A DNA stretch of 64,000 nt, taken from IMG/VR virus record IMGVR_UViG_3300029305_002776, one strand, 5' to 3'. The notes under the pieces are model-generated. The model ran no database searches. It was not told the DNA's origin and worked only from the letters and a program-made list of their open reading frames with translations. Origin of the DNA: a virus (Duplodnaviria; Heunggongvirae; Uroviricota; Caudoviricetes). The translations under genes and the position numbers were made by a program. This document shows, piece by piece, positions 45,261 to 55,833 of the stretch; position 1 is the stretch's first letter, and each line of letters opens with the position of its first letter.

Positions 45261-45602
45261 TTACATCACATCCATTGTAGTTTTATATGGCTTCTTCGAG
45301 TTTTTGTTTTTCTCCTCAAGCTCTTTCACCATTGCATAAGATACGGTTTGATCTTCTGGGAAAATCGTAAGAAGATTTCGGGCAATTATATACTTGCTGT
45401 TCATGAAGTCATACTTATAACTTCTAATTACTTCAAATGTTGCACTGTCTCCATTGTCTCCAAGGTCTACAATTGCAATTACATCATCGTTTTTATGGCA
45501 CTCTTCAATTCGCTCATATGCTTTTTTAAATGTGGGATATGTGCCAAGAGGAAGCAAAGTGTTTACGCCAATCACTGTAAAAACATAGTTTTGGAAACTC
45601 AT
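45261..45602 (-). CDS. hypothetical protein (113 aa)
   Basis: ORF on dominant strand. Confidence 0.35.
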   Translation of the reverse strand: MSFQNYVFTVIGVNTLLPLGTYPTFKKAYERIEECHKNDDVIAIVDLGDNGDSATFEVIRSYKYDFMNSKYIIARNLLTIFPEDQTVSYAMVKELEEKNKNSKKPYKTTMDVM

Positions 45603-45613
45603 AGAGGCCTCCT

Positions 45614-46024
45614 TTACTTCTCGCTTACAATTTCGACCTTATAACCAAGCTCCTTTTCGATTTCAGCAACAGTCATTTGCTTCGGATTCGGCTCTTTACG
45701 CTCCCAGATAGTTTCATAAGTGGCCACTTTTTCTGGAACGGTGTTAAGATGTTGCGGATGCAACATGGTTTGAACTTTCACAATATCAAAGTCCAGATGG
45801 TCGCCTACAGTACGGAGTTTTCTAGTTAAATCCTCATTGTAATTACACAAAGAAAGCCATGGGTCATCTAGATGGCCGTAACTACTATTTACAAGAACAT
45901 CTCGGAACAGTCTATCACTAGAACTATGGTCATTATTGTGATTATGACAATTCAAATACACAGTATACTTGTTTCCATTTCTCAGGGTAACAACCATACC
46001 AGTTCTCAAATCAGATTTAGTCAT
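45614..46024 (-). CDS. hypothetical protein, paralog of 49138..49485 (shared C-terminal KMTVAEIEKELGYKVEIVSE)
   Basis: two copies with conserved N-terminal TGMVVTxRNGxK and C-terminal blocks. Confidence 0.45.
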   Translation of the reverse strand: MTKSDLRTGMVVTLRNGNKYTVYLNCHNHNNDHSSSDRLFRDVLVNSSYGHLDDPWLSLCNYNEDLTRKLRTVGDHLDFDIVKVQTMLHPQHLNTVPEKVATYETIWERKEPNPKQMTVAEIEKELGYKVEIVSEK

Positions 46025-46025
46025 G

Positions 46026-46433
46026 TCAATTTTCCTTTCTGTCGATGTTGGTATTTGTCAAATTTAGCTGAATAAATTCAAACTGGTCAAACACATTAGG
46101 GTGATAAATGCCAAGCCAAAAATCATCCTGAAGAAGCTTATATTTAGCCAGATCCTCATTCCAATTCTGAATATCCTTAACCAGCTCTCGCTTACCAACT
46201 TCATTGTCATTGTCATAAAAATTGTTTTCCCATTGATAAACAAGTGTGTCATATCTTGTAAGGTTGGAAGCTACATAGGCATCTGCAGTAATGTAAGTAG
46301 CACAAATCCCAACAATAGATACTGCAACACAAAACGCTCCGACAATTGTAAGGAGCAATGCAAATCCGTTGTCATAAATCAAATACCAAACCAAGCCAAT
46401 TACCAGCAGTGCTACGAAAATAAAGAACAACAT
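46026..46433 (-). CDS. membrane protein (two N-terminal TM helices)
   Basis: hydrophobic N-terminus. Confidence 0.4.
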   Translation of the reverse strand: MLFFIFVALLVIGLVWYLIYDNGFALLLTIVGAFCVAVSIVGICATYITADAYVASNLTRYDTLVYQWENNFYDNDNEVGKRELVKDIQNWNEDLAKYKLLQDDFWLGIYHPNVFDQFEFIQLNLTNTNIDRKEN

Positions 46434-46615
46434 AACAATTCCTCCACTTTAGATGTCAATTTTATTTATTTGTCTTTATTTAAGAAGAAAAAACTTCAAC
46501 CACATTGGCAAGTCACTTTCCCAAATTGCACAAGAAAGACTTGCTCCAATCAGAACAATGAGAATGACTATGCCAAATACAAATAGATAGTCTTTCATTT
46601 TACATTTTCCTTTGC

Positions 46616-47011
46616 TTATTCAAGCTCAATGTAATCAATACTTGCAATCAAATCATTATTGAAAACATTTGTCCAAGGATTTGTTGCCCATTTCTTTTCT
46701 GTTCTCAGCTTATTATTGAATGCCACAATGTCGTTATAAAGCATTTCATTTCCTACGATGTTGCTTTCCTTGTTTTCAATGCGGTACTCAATCACCTGCT
46801 TTTCATAAAGCATGTTCTGGAAGTTGGTTTCTTTTGTAATGCTATTGGCAGTTGCAAATACAATTGAAGCAATAAATAGACTTGCGGAAATAAGAGATAC
46901 TACAAAGCTTGTAATAGTAATCCAATCGGGAAAAGAATAATGGTTATCTCCATAGTTACATACAGCAATACAAATAACCAGAAGAATCAACGATACAATG
47001 ATAGTCAACAT
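46616..47011 (-). CDS. membrane protein (131 aa)
   Basis: two hydrophobic helices. Confidence 0.4.
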   Translation of the reverse strand: MLTIIVSLILLVICIAVCNYGDNHYSFPDWITITSFVVSLISASLFIASIVFATANSITKETNFQNMLYEKQVIEYRIENKESNIVGNEMLYNDIVAFNNKLRTEKKWATNPWTNVFNNDLIASIDYIELE

Positions 47012-47187
47012 AACTTTAATTTCCTTTCTTCTTTTGTTTAACTTCTTGTTCCACTACAGTTTTTGCAAGTTCATCAAAGTCTTTACCAAAGACAGGACAA
47101 TCCTTGCCGCAAGATTTCCATTCGCCAGTGATTTCATTTCGATGGCAAGTGCTACACCATTTACTCATGTTCGGCTACCTCATCAAA

Positions 47188-47511
47188 TTACTCTCTTTCC
47201 TCAACCAATATATAAACATTGCCTACCTCTTCATCATAAAAAGCTTTATACCAGTTTCCGTCTGGTTCTTTTGGAAAAAGCAAAATATCTGCCTTTGTCT
47301 TATCTTTATTTGTAACAAATGCAAAGATTTTATTTGGTAAATTTAATTTCACTCTAACGTAACCATGAAAACCAATTACAAAAGCTTTTAGGTCATTTTC
47401 ATCAGAACACTTACTTGCCTCTTCTGCTTCAATTGCTGCCAACTTCAAAAAAAGATTGTTGGTTTCTTCATTTTCTGCATTACAAAAAACGTCGCAATAA
47501 ATTCTTTCCAT
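47188..47511 (-). CDS. hypothetical protein (107 aa)
   Basis: ORF on dominant strand. Confidence 0.35.
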   Translation of the reverse strand: MERIYCDVFCNAENEETNNLFLKLAAIEAEEASKCSDENDLKAFVIGFHGYVRVKLNLPNKIFAFVTNKDKTKADILLFPKEPDGNWYKAFYDEEVGNVYILVEERE

Positions 47512-47847
47512 TTACTTTACCTCCGTCCAACCATTTCGCTGAATAATTCGTCTCATGTTTGCGACACCAACAGGGTTCATGGAGTGAATGCGAATAGGAT
47601 AGTTACGGCCAGTTTCCTCAAGCCAATCAAGGAGCTTGATGTAGTCACCACCATCGTTTGCGTAGTCACCTGCATCGTGATCGATGTCAATGAGTTCAAT
47701 GTTATTGCCATACTTTTCCGTTGCTTCAATCATTACCTTTGCGGTATCGACTGATCTACACCATGCCCACTCATGAAACATATCACCAGGAGCAGGTCTT
47801 ACATCATCAATCCAAAGTTTCATTGAAATCCTCCTTTTATCGACCAA
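47512..47847 (-). CDS. hypothetical protein with LWIDDVRPxP...DIDHDAGD motif
   Basis: ORF on dominant strand; motif recurs in uncharacterised phage proteins. Confidence 0.35.
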   Translation of the reverse strand: MVDKRRISMKLWIDDVRPAPGDMFHEWAWCRSVDTAKVMIEATEKYGNNIELIDIDHDAGDYANDGGDYIKLLDWLEETGRNYPIRIHSMNPVGVANMRRIIQRNGWTEVK

Positions 47848-47994
47848 AGAAGATAACCAACAGGCAAGTAATTGCTATGGCAAAAGCCACATACATGAGT
47901 ACATCATTTGCTTTGCTGTCTTCATACATCATTGCAAAGACCCCAATGGAAATCAATAATGACATTGCAATAATCAAAGCATAATGTGCAATCG

Positions 47995-48261
47995 TCATTC
48001 ATTTGCCTCCTCATTTAGCTGCTTTGCTCTTGAGATTGGCAAGATTTTCTTCAGCACTTTAGGCAAACAGGCCGCACAGTTGCATTTCGATTTGATCTTA
48101 AGCCGCTCAAGTTTGCCGTCCTTATAACGGAAAGCACTTGCCTTAAATCCCTTGCGAATTTCGGTTTTGTAGTGATTTATAGCTTTCTTTTCATCACTAT
48201 AGCTATATTCATACATGTTTCCGTCTTTGAGCACTTTAACAATGTACAAATAGTCACTCAT
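47995..48261 (-). CDS. hypothetical protein (88 aa)
   Basis: ORF on dominant strand. Confidence 0.3.
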   Translation of the reverse strand: MSDYLYIVKVLKDGNMYEYSYSDEKKAINHYKTEIRKGFKASAFRYKDGKLERLKIKSKCNCAACLPKVLKKILPISRAKQLNEEANE

Positions 48262-48629
48262 TAAGACACTTCCTTTACCGTAAACAACTCAATCTTTCTG
48301 CCACAAATGTTTTCCTGGAACTCATCATGGGTGATTTCACAAAGCTTTGCCTTGAACCAATCGACAAATTCCTTTTCGGTCATTGCCTGAATTGTATTGT
48401 TTTCGGTCAAGAACAGCTTCATAATCTGCCCCTCAGAAAGCACATATTCGTACATCTGATTTGTTCTAAAATGAATTATGTACTTGGTCAGTGTGATATC
48501 AACGTCGTTAATGTATTCGCTTCCGTAGTTACAAGTGGGACAACCACCATAGCACTCACAATCGTCTTCGTAGTTTACCATACCACCATCGAGCATTTTA
48601 ATAAGCATAGTTTTTATCTCCTTTACCAC
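48261..48629 (-). CDS. hypothetical protein (122 aa, CxxC pairs)
   Basis: ORF on dominant strand. Confidence 0.35.
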   Translation of the reverse strand: MVKEIKTMLIKMLDGGMVNYEDDCECYGGCPTCNYGSEYINDVDITLTKYIIHFRTNQMYEYVLSEGQIMKLFLTENNTIQAMTEKEFVDWFKAKLCEITHDEFQENICGRKIELFTVKEVS

Positions 48630-49123
48630 ACAAATTCAGGATGTTCTTTCATGAAGGGCTTGATGATTTCTTCGATTGCGTTTTCTGCAATTTCAAGTGT
48701 ATAGAAAGAAACTGCACTTACATTTTGTAAAAAAACATTAGAGATAACACTAAATTTATGCTTTTGATGGTTATACATAATAGTATAGGTGTTTGTATTT
48801 TCCCAATTTATCCAATCAATCTTATCTCCGTCATGCTCCATAGAGTAACGCCAAAGCAGACGGTTGAGGGTTTCATGAAGTGCTCTCTGTTCCATGATTG
48901 CCTTGTCGGTGCAGTAGTTGCCAATTTTATAGAAAACATTGTCAACACCGTCATAGCATTCAGTGCAGTTTCGTACTACACCTACTTGGTCGATTGTATA
49001 ATATTTTTCGTGATTTTTTGCCCTTTTAAACGGACTTGCCTTGGGCAACTCAATACCCAATGCTTTCATCTGTTCCTCGGTCAGTTCGGCTTTCTTTCCG
49101 TTGATGCAAATGTAGTTAGTCAT
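48623..49123 (-). CDS. hypothetical protein (166 aa)
   Basis: ORF on dominant strand. Confidence 0.35.
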   Translation of the reverse strand: MTNYICINGKKAELTEEQMKALGIELPKASPFKRAKNHEKYYTIDQVGVVRNCTECYDGVDNVFYKIGNYCTDKAIMEQRALHETLNRLLWRYSMEHDGDKIDWINWENTNTYTIMYNHQKHKFSVISNVFLQNVSAVSFYTLEIAENAIEEIIKPFMKEHPEFVW

Positions 49124-49137
49124 GGTTGTAACTCCTT

Positions 49138-49485
49138 TCAGTTTTCACTTACGATTTCTACCTTATAGCCCAGGATTGCTTCGACTTCTGCTACGGTCAT
49201 TTTCTTTGCCTCTTCACGCTCCCACAAAGTCTCTGCTCTATTGTGAGAACATAAATCAACCATAGTACTAACACATTCTACCTTTACAATGTCTTGATCT
49301 GCACCATTTTTGTAAGTGAGGTCTTCATTGTAATAGCTGAGGTCATTCCATGTATTTCCATCAGTTAAAATGTCACAACTGGAATGGAGGCTTGTACATG
49401 CATTTCGATATACATACATTTTTTTTCCGTTTCGCTTAGTTACAATCATGCCAGTTTTCAGTTCAGATTTAGTCATTGCTGTCAT
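49138..49485 (-). CDS. hypothetical protein, paralog of 45614..46024
   Basis: see paralog. Confidence 0.45.
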   Translation of the reverse strand: MTAMTKSELKTGMIVTKRNGKKMYVYRNACTSLHSSCDILTDGNTWNDLSYYNEDLTYKNGADQDIVKVECVSTMVDLCSHNRAETLWEREEAKKMTVAEVEAILGYKVEIVSEN

Positions 49486-49508
49486 TCCCTTTCTGTCATT
49501 TGAATACT

Positions 49509-49727
49509 TTAATACAAAATCTCGATAGTGCTCAACTTGCCGACACAGTAGACGAAGGAGGTTCCTTCTCTTGTCTGAACTGTATTAAATTTGTTTGCAG
49601 GTGGCCCCAGCTTATCCGTCATTAGCAGATTGTTCAGAACATCAGTTTCAGAATTTTCGTTGACGATAATAATTTTGGATTGTCCATTGTCCATCATGAG
49701 CTGAACTTTGTAAGTTTTGTTAAACAT
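49509..49727 (-). CDS. hypothetical protein (72 aa)
   Basis: ORF on dominant strand. Confidence 0.3.
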   Translation of the reverse strand: MFNKTYKVQLMMDNGQSKIIIVNENSETDVLNNLLMTDKLGPPANKFNTVQTREGTSFVYCVGKLSTIEILY

Positions 49728-49742
49728 GTTTCATTCCCTTTC

Positions 49743-49958
49743 TTACTTGGTATATAATTCACTGATGAGGTCATCCATCATCTTTGCAAACTCACGATGT
49801 CTTTCCGCACTCTGCTCATGGATGGTCGCAGTTTCGTTGTCGGGACTGCCAAGAGCACAAAGATGTTCATGGTTTGCAATGGCAAGATGATCTGCCTTTG
49901 CCTCTTTGTACATATCTTCGAGCCAGATTTTGTACATATCTTCAGGCAAGTTCCACAT
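49743..49958 (-). CDS. hypothetical protein (71 aa)
   Basis: ORF on dominant strand. Confidence 0.3.
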   Translation of the reverse strand: MWNLPEDMYKIWLEDMYKEAKADHLAIANHEHLCALGSPDNETATIHEQSAERHREFAKMMDDLISELYTK

Positions 49959-49985
49959 TTTGCATTTTCCTTTCTGTTATCTGAA

Positions 49986-50204
49986 TTAAATTTTGTTGTG
50001 CCCCATGCTTAATTCGTTATTCAACACTCTCACCGTAGAGAAAAGAGTATTATCTCTTGAGAAAGGCACATAGTTTCCGTTGATGTAGGCAGTAAATATC
50101 ACCTCTCCATAGTTTGTGGATACGGTCATCTTAATTTCTATTCCATTTTGGGAATAAATTGTCTGCTCAATAGAACTTGGCAGATTTTTTACATCAACAC
50201 TCAT
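49986..50204 (-). CDS. hypothetical protein (72 aa)
   Basis: ORF on dominant strand. Confidence 0.3.
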   Translation of the reverse strand: MSVDVKNLPSSIEQTIYSQNGIEIKMTVSTNYGEVIFTAYINGNYVPFSRDNTLFSTVRVLNNELSMGHNKI

Positions 50205-50282
50205 TTACCTTACCTCCAACAAAGATTGACAGACCACGAACAGGAATGTCGTTGAATTTAACTTCTCTGAGTTTCATCTGTT

Positions 50283-50573
50283 TTACAACCAACTTTCATC
50301 TTCATCAAAAGGGCCATACATTGTTTGAGTTTTAGCATCCCAAACAAGAGGTTTGCCTTGTGCAACAAGAGGTTTGTTGTACTTTTTTTGTTCAAAAGAA
50401 ATAATGATAGCTACAATAATAGTTGAGAGCATATTAATTAAAATGGCAATCCAAAGAGGAGAAACCACCCAAATCCAACTCGCTTGCAGCGCCCCATCAA
50501 GCTTGAGTGCAATGAGGATGATTGTCAGAAACAGCTCGAACAATACGCTGTTGATGTTAATGTTGATTTTCAT
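50283..50573 (-). CDS. small membrane protein (96 aa)
   Basis: three hydrophobic segments. Confidence 0.35.
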   Translation of the reverse strand: MKINININSVLFELFLTIILIALKLDGALQASWIWVVSPLWIAILINMLSTIIVAIIISFEQKKYNKPLVAQGKPLVWDAKTQTMYGPFDEDESWL

Positions 50574-50578
50574 TTATC

Positions 50579-50770
50579 TTACTCCTCCGTTTCAAGAACA
50601 GCATCACCCAAAAGTTCAGGATGAATCAAAGGGCAATTCTCTTCTTTACATTCAGGGTAATGTCCCCAATGGCGACCATCTTTTCGCTTGGATTGGCTGT
50701 ATGCATCGCAATGGATTTTGCCATCAAGCGGAGGCTTAGGAAAGAGCATTTCATATTTACAGTTACCCAT
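50579..50770 (-). CDS. small Cys-rich protein (63 aa)
   Basis: CxYE...C...C...CP. Confidence 0.3.
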   Translation of the reverse strand: MGNCKYEMLFPKPPLDGKIHCDAYSQSKRKDGRHWGHYPECKEENCPLIHPELLGDAVLETEE

Positions 50771-50787
50771 TTTTATTCTCCTTTGTC

Positions 50788-51003
50788 TTACTCTTTTGTT
50801 TCTCCTGTAAAAACACCTGCCATAATTGCTTCAAACATCATTGCGGTACTTTTATTTGCGTGGTCAACTGCGTGATCCAAAAGGTCATGATATTTCTTTT
50901 CGTACTCTTTCGCTTCTTCAAGCTCATAACGCAGACGACGGTTTTCTTTTACAATGTCAGCCATACCAAGAATGATGTCTTCTATTTCATAAATATCAAA
51001 CAT
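50788..51003 (-). CDS. hypothetical protein (71 aa)
   Basis: ORF on dominant strand. Confidence 0.3.
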   Translation of the reverse strand: MFDIYEIEDIILGMADIVKENRRLRYELEEAKEYEKKYHDLLDHAVDHANKSTAMMFEAIMAGVFTGETKE

Positions 51004-51166
51004 TTACATCCTCCTTTTCTTTTTGCATTGATCTCCAGAAAGTTTGCCTATTATGTTTTTTAATTTCTTCTACCGCTTCGCCATAGAAGTCTGCGCTGCA
51101 AAAGAATTTTCCCTTGTAGTAAACTTCGTAATGTCCACGGACAGGGATAATATCATAATCTTCCAT

Positions 51167-51547
51167 TTAGTGAACACGCTCCTTAAGAACATAAACAGGC
51201 TTGCCTTTGATTTTTCCGTTGACCTGAATCATTTCATTATCCAACAGCAAACGGAAGCCCTTTTTACCAACTTCATTGATGACGGTCTCCTCATAAAGGA
51301 GCTTGCTGCCATACTTTTCCTTGAGAGCTTCGTAGTAGTTTTCGCTTTCAGCACACTTGGTGTCTACATAAGTTCTATCTCCGTCGTAGTAGTTCATGAG
51401 GATAACACGGCTGAGGCGGTCAATTTTGTTTTCCATTGCGTCGCCAGTGAGACCCTTGGTTTCTCTTTTGAAATAACTTCTAAGGGCACGAGAGTCGGTC
51501 AGACCAAAATCCTTGAGTGTTTTGCACTTTTCAGTAATGTAGCTCAT
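51167..51547 (-). CDS. hypothetical protein (126 aa)
   Basis: ORF on dominant strand. Confidence 0.35.
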   Translation of the reverse strand: MSYITEKCKTLKDFGLTDSRALRSYFKRETKGLTGDAMENKIDRLSRVILMNYYDGDRTYVDTKCAESENYYEALKEKYGSKLLYEETVINEVGKKGFRLLLDNEMIQVNGKIKGKPVYVLKERVH

Positions 51548-51761
51548 AAATTACATCTCCCTTTCAAATGTTAAGCAACTTTTCGATTGCCTTTTTAACT
51601 GCTGGTATCTTGCAGAGTGCGGCAGATATTATGCCGAACACAAACAAATAAAGAATAGAAATGCTGATAAATAGGATAATATCATCTCCCTTTCCATTTG
51701 AAATTTTAAAGCCCATAATAAAATCCACAAACGAGTTTCGCTTGTGGATTTGATATAGGTT

Positions 51762-52211
51762 TTATTCAAACTCACCTGTATCGATGATGTAATCAAATCG
51801 CATGAGAATATCATCTTCATAGTTGGTTTCAGGATTGTAGATGAAATATGTGCAAATTACATTTCCGTTGGAAATTCCCTCTACTCTTGCGTAGCTGATG
51901 TAGAATTCAGGGTAGCCAATGACGTGGCCTGCACCCGTTTCCGCATCTTCAACAATGCCCACAGCCCGTTCAATAATCAGCTTTCCGTTACGTGCTGCAA
52001 GCATTTCCATTGTGAGGTCAGGGCTATCATAGACCTCAAAGAGGTCAAGACTATCTGCATAGTCGTAGTAGTTGATTTCGCTTTCGCTTTCCACTTTGCT
52101 TTCGCTTTGAATAGCAGCATGAGGATTTACTGTACGAAAGCCAATCCAGAACAGGAGACAGGCACCGAACATGACAGCAACGGTAATCAAAACAATGTGA
52201 GATTTTCTCAT
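51762..52211 (-). CDS. membrane-anchored protein (149 aa)
   Basis: N-terminal TM helix. Confidence 0.35.
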   Translation of the reverse strand: MRKSHIVLITVAVMFGACLLFWIGFRTVNPHAAIQSESKVESESEINYYDYADSLDLFEVYDSPDLTMEMLAARNGKLIIERAVGIVEDAETGAGHVIGYPEFYISYARVEGISNGNVICTYFIYNPETNYEDDILMRFDYIIDTGEFE

Positions 52212-52311
52212 AATAACATTTCCCTTTCCATTAAATAAAGTTTATGACGTAATTCATTTCCAGAAGCATGAGGATTTTGATGATTTCATTCATTTGCATT
52301 TCTCCTTTCCT

Positions 52312-52617
52312 TTATGTGGAAAGAATCCAAGGCATATCATCACGATACATTATGGATTCGTTTCCATCATACTCATCAATCATGAAATAAACTCCCTTGG
52401 GAATTTCTTCAACAATGAGGCGGGAATAAGAGCCAGATGCCTTTTCGCTTCCGTATTTCTCAATGTACTCAATGAGACGAGGATCAGTGCGGAAGTCAAT
52501 TTCCGTTGTGGGATAGATGCTGCCATAACGAGTCTTCTTATAGGGGATGTTGTATTCCTTAAAGAAGTTTTCGCTTACTCCGAAGCCGCCAAAACAAGTA
52601 TTGATAACAACTTTCAT
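52312..52617 (-). CDS. hypothetical protein (101 aa)
   Basis: ORF on dominant strand. Confidence 0.35.
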   Translation of the reverse strand: MKVVINTCFGGFGVSENFFKEYNIPYKKTRYGSIYPTTEIDFRTDPRLIEYIEKYGSEKASGSYSRLIVEEIPKGVYFMIDEYDGNESIMYRDDMPWILST

Positions 52618-52702
52618 GAATATCTCCCTTTCTTTTTTAATTTAAATAAAACCCATAATAAAACGCCCAAAGTTTCCCTTGGGCGTTTGATATAGGTTTC
52701 GC

Positions 52703-53168
52703 TTACTCGAACATACGAGGGTTGATTGTCTGTTTGTAGAACCAACCATCTTGTGCAAGGAAGCCCACAAGTGCTCCGATAGAAGGAATTTCAAACTCTC
52801 CCTTGGTGGGAATGGGGTTAACAGGGCATTTGATTTTGCAGAAAACCCTGTTTCCCTCATAGCGGAACATAGCAATGAGCTGGATTTCCCTTTCCTTGGC
52901 ATAATATTTACGGAGGTTCTGGACTTGCTCTTGGCTTCGGCCAACGCACATTGCCTTGCCGTCAAAATAGGGCAAGAGATTTCCCTTTTTGGTGTAGATG
53001 TAGACGAGAGGATAGCGAGTTGTCTTGGGAGCTTTGTTTGCCTTGAGCATAGAGGCAGCGTCGGTGAGCATTTTTGTTTTACAGCTATCTACGCCGTAGT
53101 ATGGGCAATCCCCACAAAAGCCATTGTCATCGCATATCTCCAGAGCCTTGATTACATTTGCCTTTTCC
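52703..53168 (-). CDS. hypothetical Cys-containing protein (start MEKANV, RBS AAAGGAAAT)
   Basis: track ORF extends to 53347; internal start with SD preferred. Confidence 0.35.
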
Positions 53169-53392
53169 ATAGTTGATTTCCTTTCTATGATGAATTTTAG
53201 CTTTCGCTTACCAGTTAGCACGAATAGCGTCCATACGCTCTTCACGCTCTTCTCGATACTGCCTGACTTTCTCAAAGATTTCCGTTGGAGAATAGAACTC
53301 CTGCACATAGTCCTTGCCGATGTGCTCAACTCTGGAGATAAAGTCAACGGCCTCCATAAAAATTTCCCTTTCCATTGGTCTCTCCACTCCCC

Positions 53393-53581
53393 TTAGATTT
53401 TATCTTCAAACTTGTCAGCCCAATAAGCAGAGTTAAAGCCTGCCGTAATGGTGAGAACTATCGCAATAGCAAATTTCACATTGGAGATAGCTCCACCGAT
53501 TTGCAACATTAGGAGACAGCCAAAGAAGCCAAGTGATAGCAACGCAATAAAAGCGTGTGCATAAAAAAACCGCTTCTTCAT
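53393..53581 (-). CDS. small membrane protein (62 aa)
   Basis: two hydrophobic helices. Confidence 0.3.
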   Translation of the reverse strand: MKKRFFYAHAFIALLSLGFFGCLLMLQIGGAISNVKFAIAIVLTITAGFNSAYWADKFEDKI

Positions 53582-53794
53582 GTGGATAACACCCCGACTT
53601 TAAGATAACAAAAAATGGGGATATACGCCGAAACGCATATCCCCATTCTTCATATGAAAAAAACCCACTACCACATAGATTTTTTCACATACAATTATAA
53701 TACTGCCTCGCAAATATGTCAAGCAAGATGGGGCAAAGCATTGATGCTCCATAAAGGGCACCAGGATAGCCCTGATGCCCTTGAGCAACACCAA

Positions 53795-54583
53795 TTAAGC
53801 GTCCTTGGAAATCTTGTACTCCAGGGTATACTGCTCACCAGTGGCAATACGGTACAGCACCTTGCCGATGATACGAGCAAAGTAGTTGTGCTTAGCCACA
53901 GCGATACCCAGTCTGCCCTTACCAGACTTGGTGTACTGCTTCAGAATAGCAGTAACGTCACGGGAATTGGCACGATACTTGTTAGCATCCTTGTCCTCCT
54001 GCTTCTCATAGACAATCATGTCCACGAGCTTCTGCAGAGCTTCGAGCATAGCCGTATTGGAAACGGGAGTCTCACCGTTGTCAATACGACGAGCCACCTT
54101 GTCCATAAAATAGGACTGAGGCTGGAAAGCAATGCTCATATCCTGAGCGGTACGGATACAGAACAGCTGATTGAGGGTCTGAAGCTCATAACGCCACATA
54201 GGATCGACGCTCACAGTCTTATTGCCATAGTTGTCGAACTTGATGAGGTCAATCTGCTTCTCCTTGATAGCGACCTCACGAGTGGTGATAGAGACCTCGG
54301 CCTCCTCGCCGTCCACGACAATCTTCTCCTTGGTGATAACATCACGATGCTTGATAACATCGTAACCATAGGTCTTGATGGCCTCAAGCATAGGATTGTC
54401 GCTCTCCTTGAGCTTGGCATAGCATACCACCTCAGCGAGGTCGGCATACTCCTTTTCAAGCTCGTCCTGCTTGGCGTTAGCCTCTGCGATAGCCGTGAAG
54501 TCCTTGGCCGCAAAAGCCTCGTTGAAAGCAGAAATGTTGCTACGGATTTCAGCCTCGATAGTTGCAAGTGTTCTCTTTGCCAT
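53795..54583 (-). CDS. hypothetical protein (262 aa) with strongly GC3-biased codon usage, atypical for this genome
   Basis: codons overwhelmingly end in C/G (GCC, AAG, CTC, GAG...) whereas flanking genes are A/T3-rich; first sizeable gene of the leftward unit. Confidence 0.5.
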   Translation of the reverse strand: MAKRTLATIEAEIRSNISAFNEAFAAKDFTAIAEANAKQDELEKEYADLAEVVCYAKLKESDNPMLEAIKTYGYDVIKHRDVITKEKIVVDGEEAEVSITTREVAIKEKQIDLIKFDNYGNKTVSVDPMWRYELQTLNQLFCIRTAQDMSIAFQPQSYFMDKVARRIDNGETPVSNTAMLEALQKLVDMIVYEKQEDKDANKYRANSRDVTAILKQYTKSGKGRLGIAVAKHNYFARIIGKVLYRIATGEQYTLEYKISKDA

Positions 54584-54664
54584 GATAAATTACTCCTTTT
54601 CAAACGTCCTTGGACGTGTTTTATTTGTGGGTGATAGCCCACATTAAAAGGCTGTGCAAAATAT

Positions 54665-54877
54665 TTATTCGTCCATATCCTCAAATGTCACTTCAAGCTC
54701 ACAAAATCCAACAAGGTCGCCAGTGATACTGTCATACAAAGGGGTCACAATGTCGCCATTTTTGGCAAGATAAAAGTTGCCGTCATTGTGTTTATAAACC
54801 TCGCCATACTTTCCAATGTCGAATAAAATTGCACCATCACGCTTTACAGCAATATGTCTGATTTTATAAAATGTCAT
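54665..54877 (-). CDS. hypothetical protein (70 aa)
   Basis: ORF on dominant strand. Confidence 0.35.
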   Translation of the reverse strand: MTFYKIRHIAVKRDGAILFDIGKYGEVYKHNDGNFYLAKNGDIVTPLYDSITGDLVGFCELEVTFEDMDE

Positions 54878-54879
54878 AA

Positions 54880-55733
54880 AATATCACACTCCTTAAAATC
54901 AGCACAGCCCTTTAATGTAGGCTATCGAGTTGCCCCGATAGCCCACAAAAACAACTTGTCCAAAGACAAGGAATAACTCATATCGTGCAAACGCTCTATA
55001 ATCATATTGACAAATGCCGTCATTGTTTAACCTTTATATCCTTGGATACTCCAGCCTTGACCGTGCCATAATGCAAAATATTCCTTGGAACACTCTGCGA
55101 CACGGCAACAAATCTTGCATAAGTCGCCATAACTACATAGCATTTCAACCTATTCTCACAAGCCGTGATTAGGACATAAGTTGCAGTCCTCTGGGGATAT
55201 TCACCAGTTGAACCGTGAGCCTAACTCTCACGCACCCAGCACCGCCCATATTGGTTATGGGATACCCGACACACAAAGCCCTGTGCCGTAGACCTGCAAG
55301 AGCATAGCCCTGCATACTTGGCAATTAGTTGGTTATCCACCGTCCGCCACGTGGAGGCTTGCCAAATTGGACGGCATACGGCACGGCTAACGAAAATCAA
55401 AAGGTACGAGAAATCCATGGCTTTTCTTCCACTACCCACACGTTAAAAAATTTGTGCCGTAAATCTTGCAATAGCTATTTGCAAGGGAAATTGTTTGCTC
55501 CACAACTTCCAAAAGGTCAAACGATATTTGTACCGCCGTTTCTATCAGTACAGCTTGAAACTTTAAACGGCGGTCAAGCTGTCCGCCGTGAGAGGTTTTA
55601 ACCTCTACACTAAAGTACAAAAAAAGCCCCATTTTATGAGTTGTGAAATGTTACAAATTTTAGGGCTGTTTTTTGTGTAAAATGACAACTCATAAAAGGG
55701 CTGATTTTTTGTAATATAGGTTTAAAATTTTTT
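54880..55733. other. ~0.85 kb GC-richer non-coding strand-switch region with several hairpins and a large inverted repeat flanked by A-run/U-run (55625-55710); candidate regulatory-RNA/ori region
   Basis: no ORF with SD; hairpins GGCTATCG..CGATAGCC (54920-54945), ACGGCGG..CCGCCGT (55567-55590), AGCCCCATTTTATGAGTTG...CAACTCATAAAAGGGCT + TTTTTT. Confidence 0.4.
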
Positions 55734-55734
55734 C

Positions 55735-55764
55735 TTGACAAGCTATTGACTGTTATGGTATAAT
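55735..55764 (+). promoter_or_regulatory. sigma70-type promoter TTGACA-N18-TATAAT for rightward genes
   Basis: TTTCTTGACAAGCTATTGACTGTTATGGTATAATAGATG then hairpin GTGGGGAG..CCCCCCAC and leader ACAATACAATATTATTG. Confidence 0.6.
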
Positions 55765-55833
55765 AGATGTGGGGAGATATATACTTAAAAATCCCCCCAC
55801 ACAATACAATATTATTGAAAAGAGGTTGATAAA

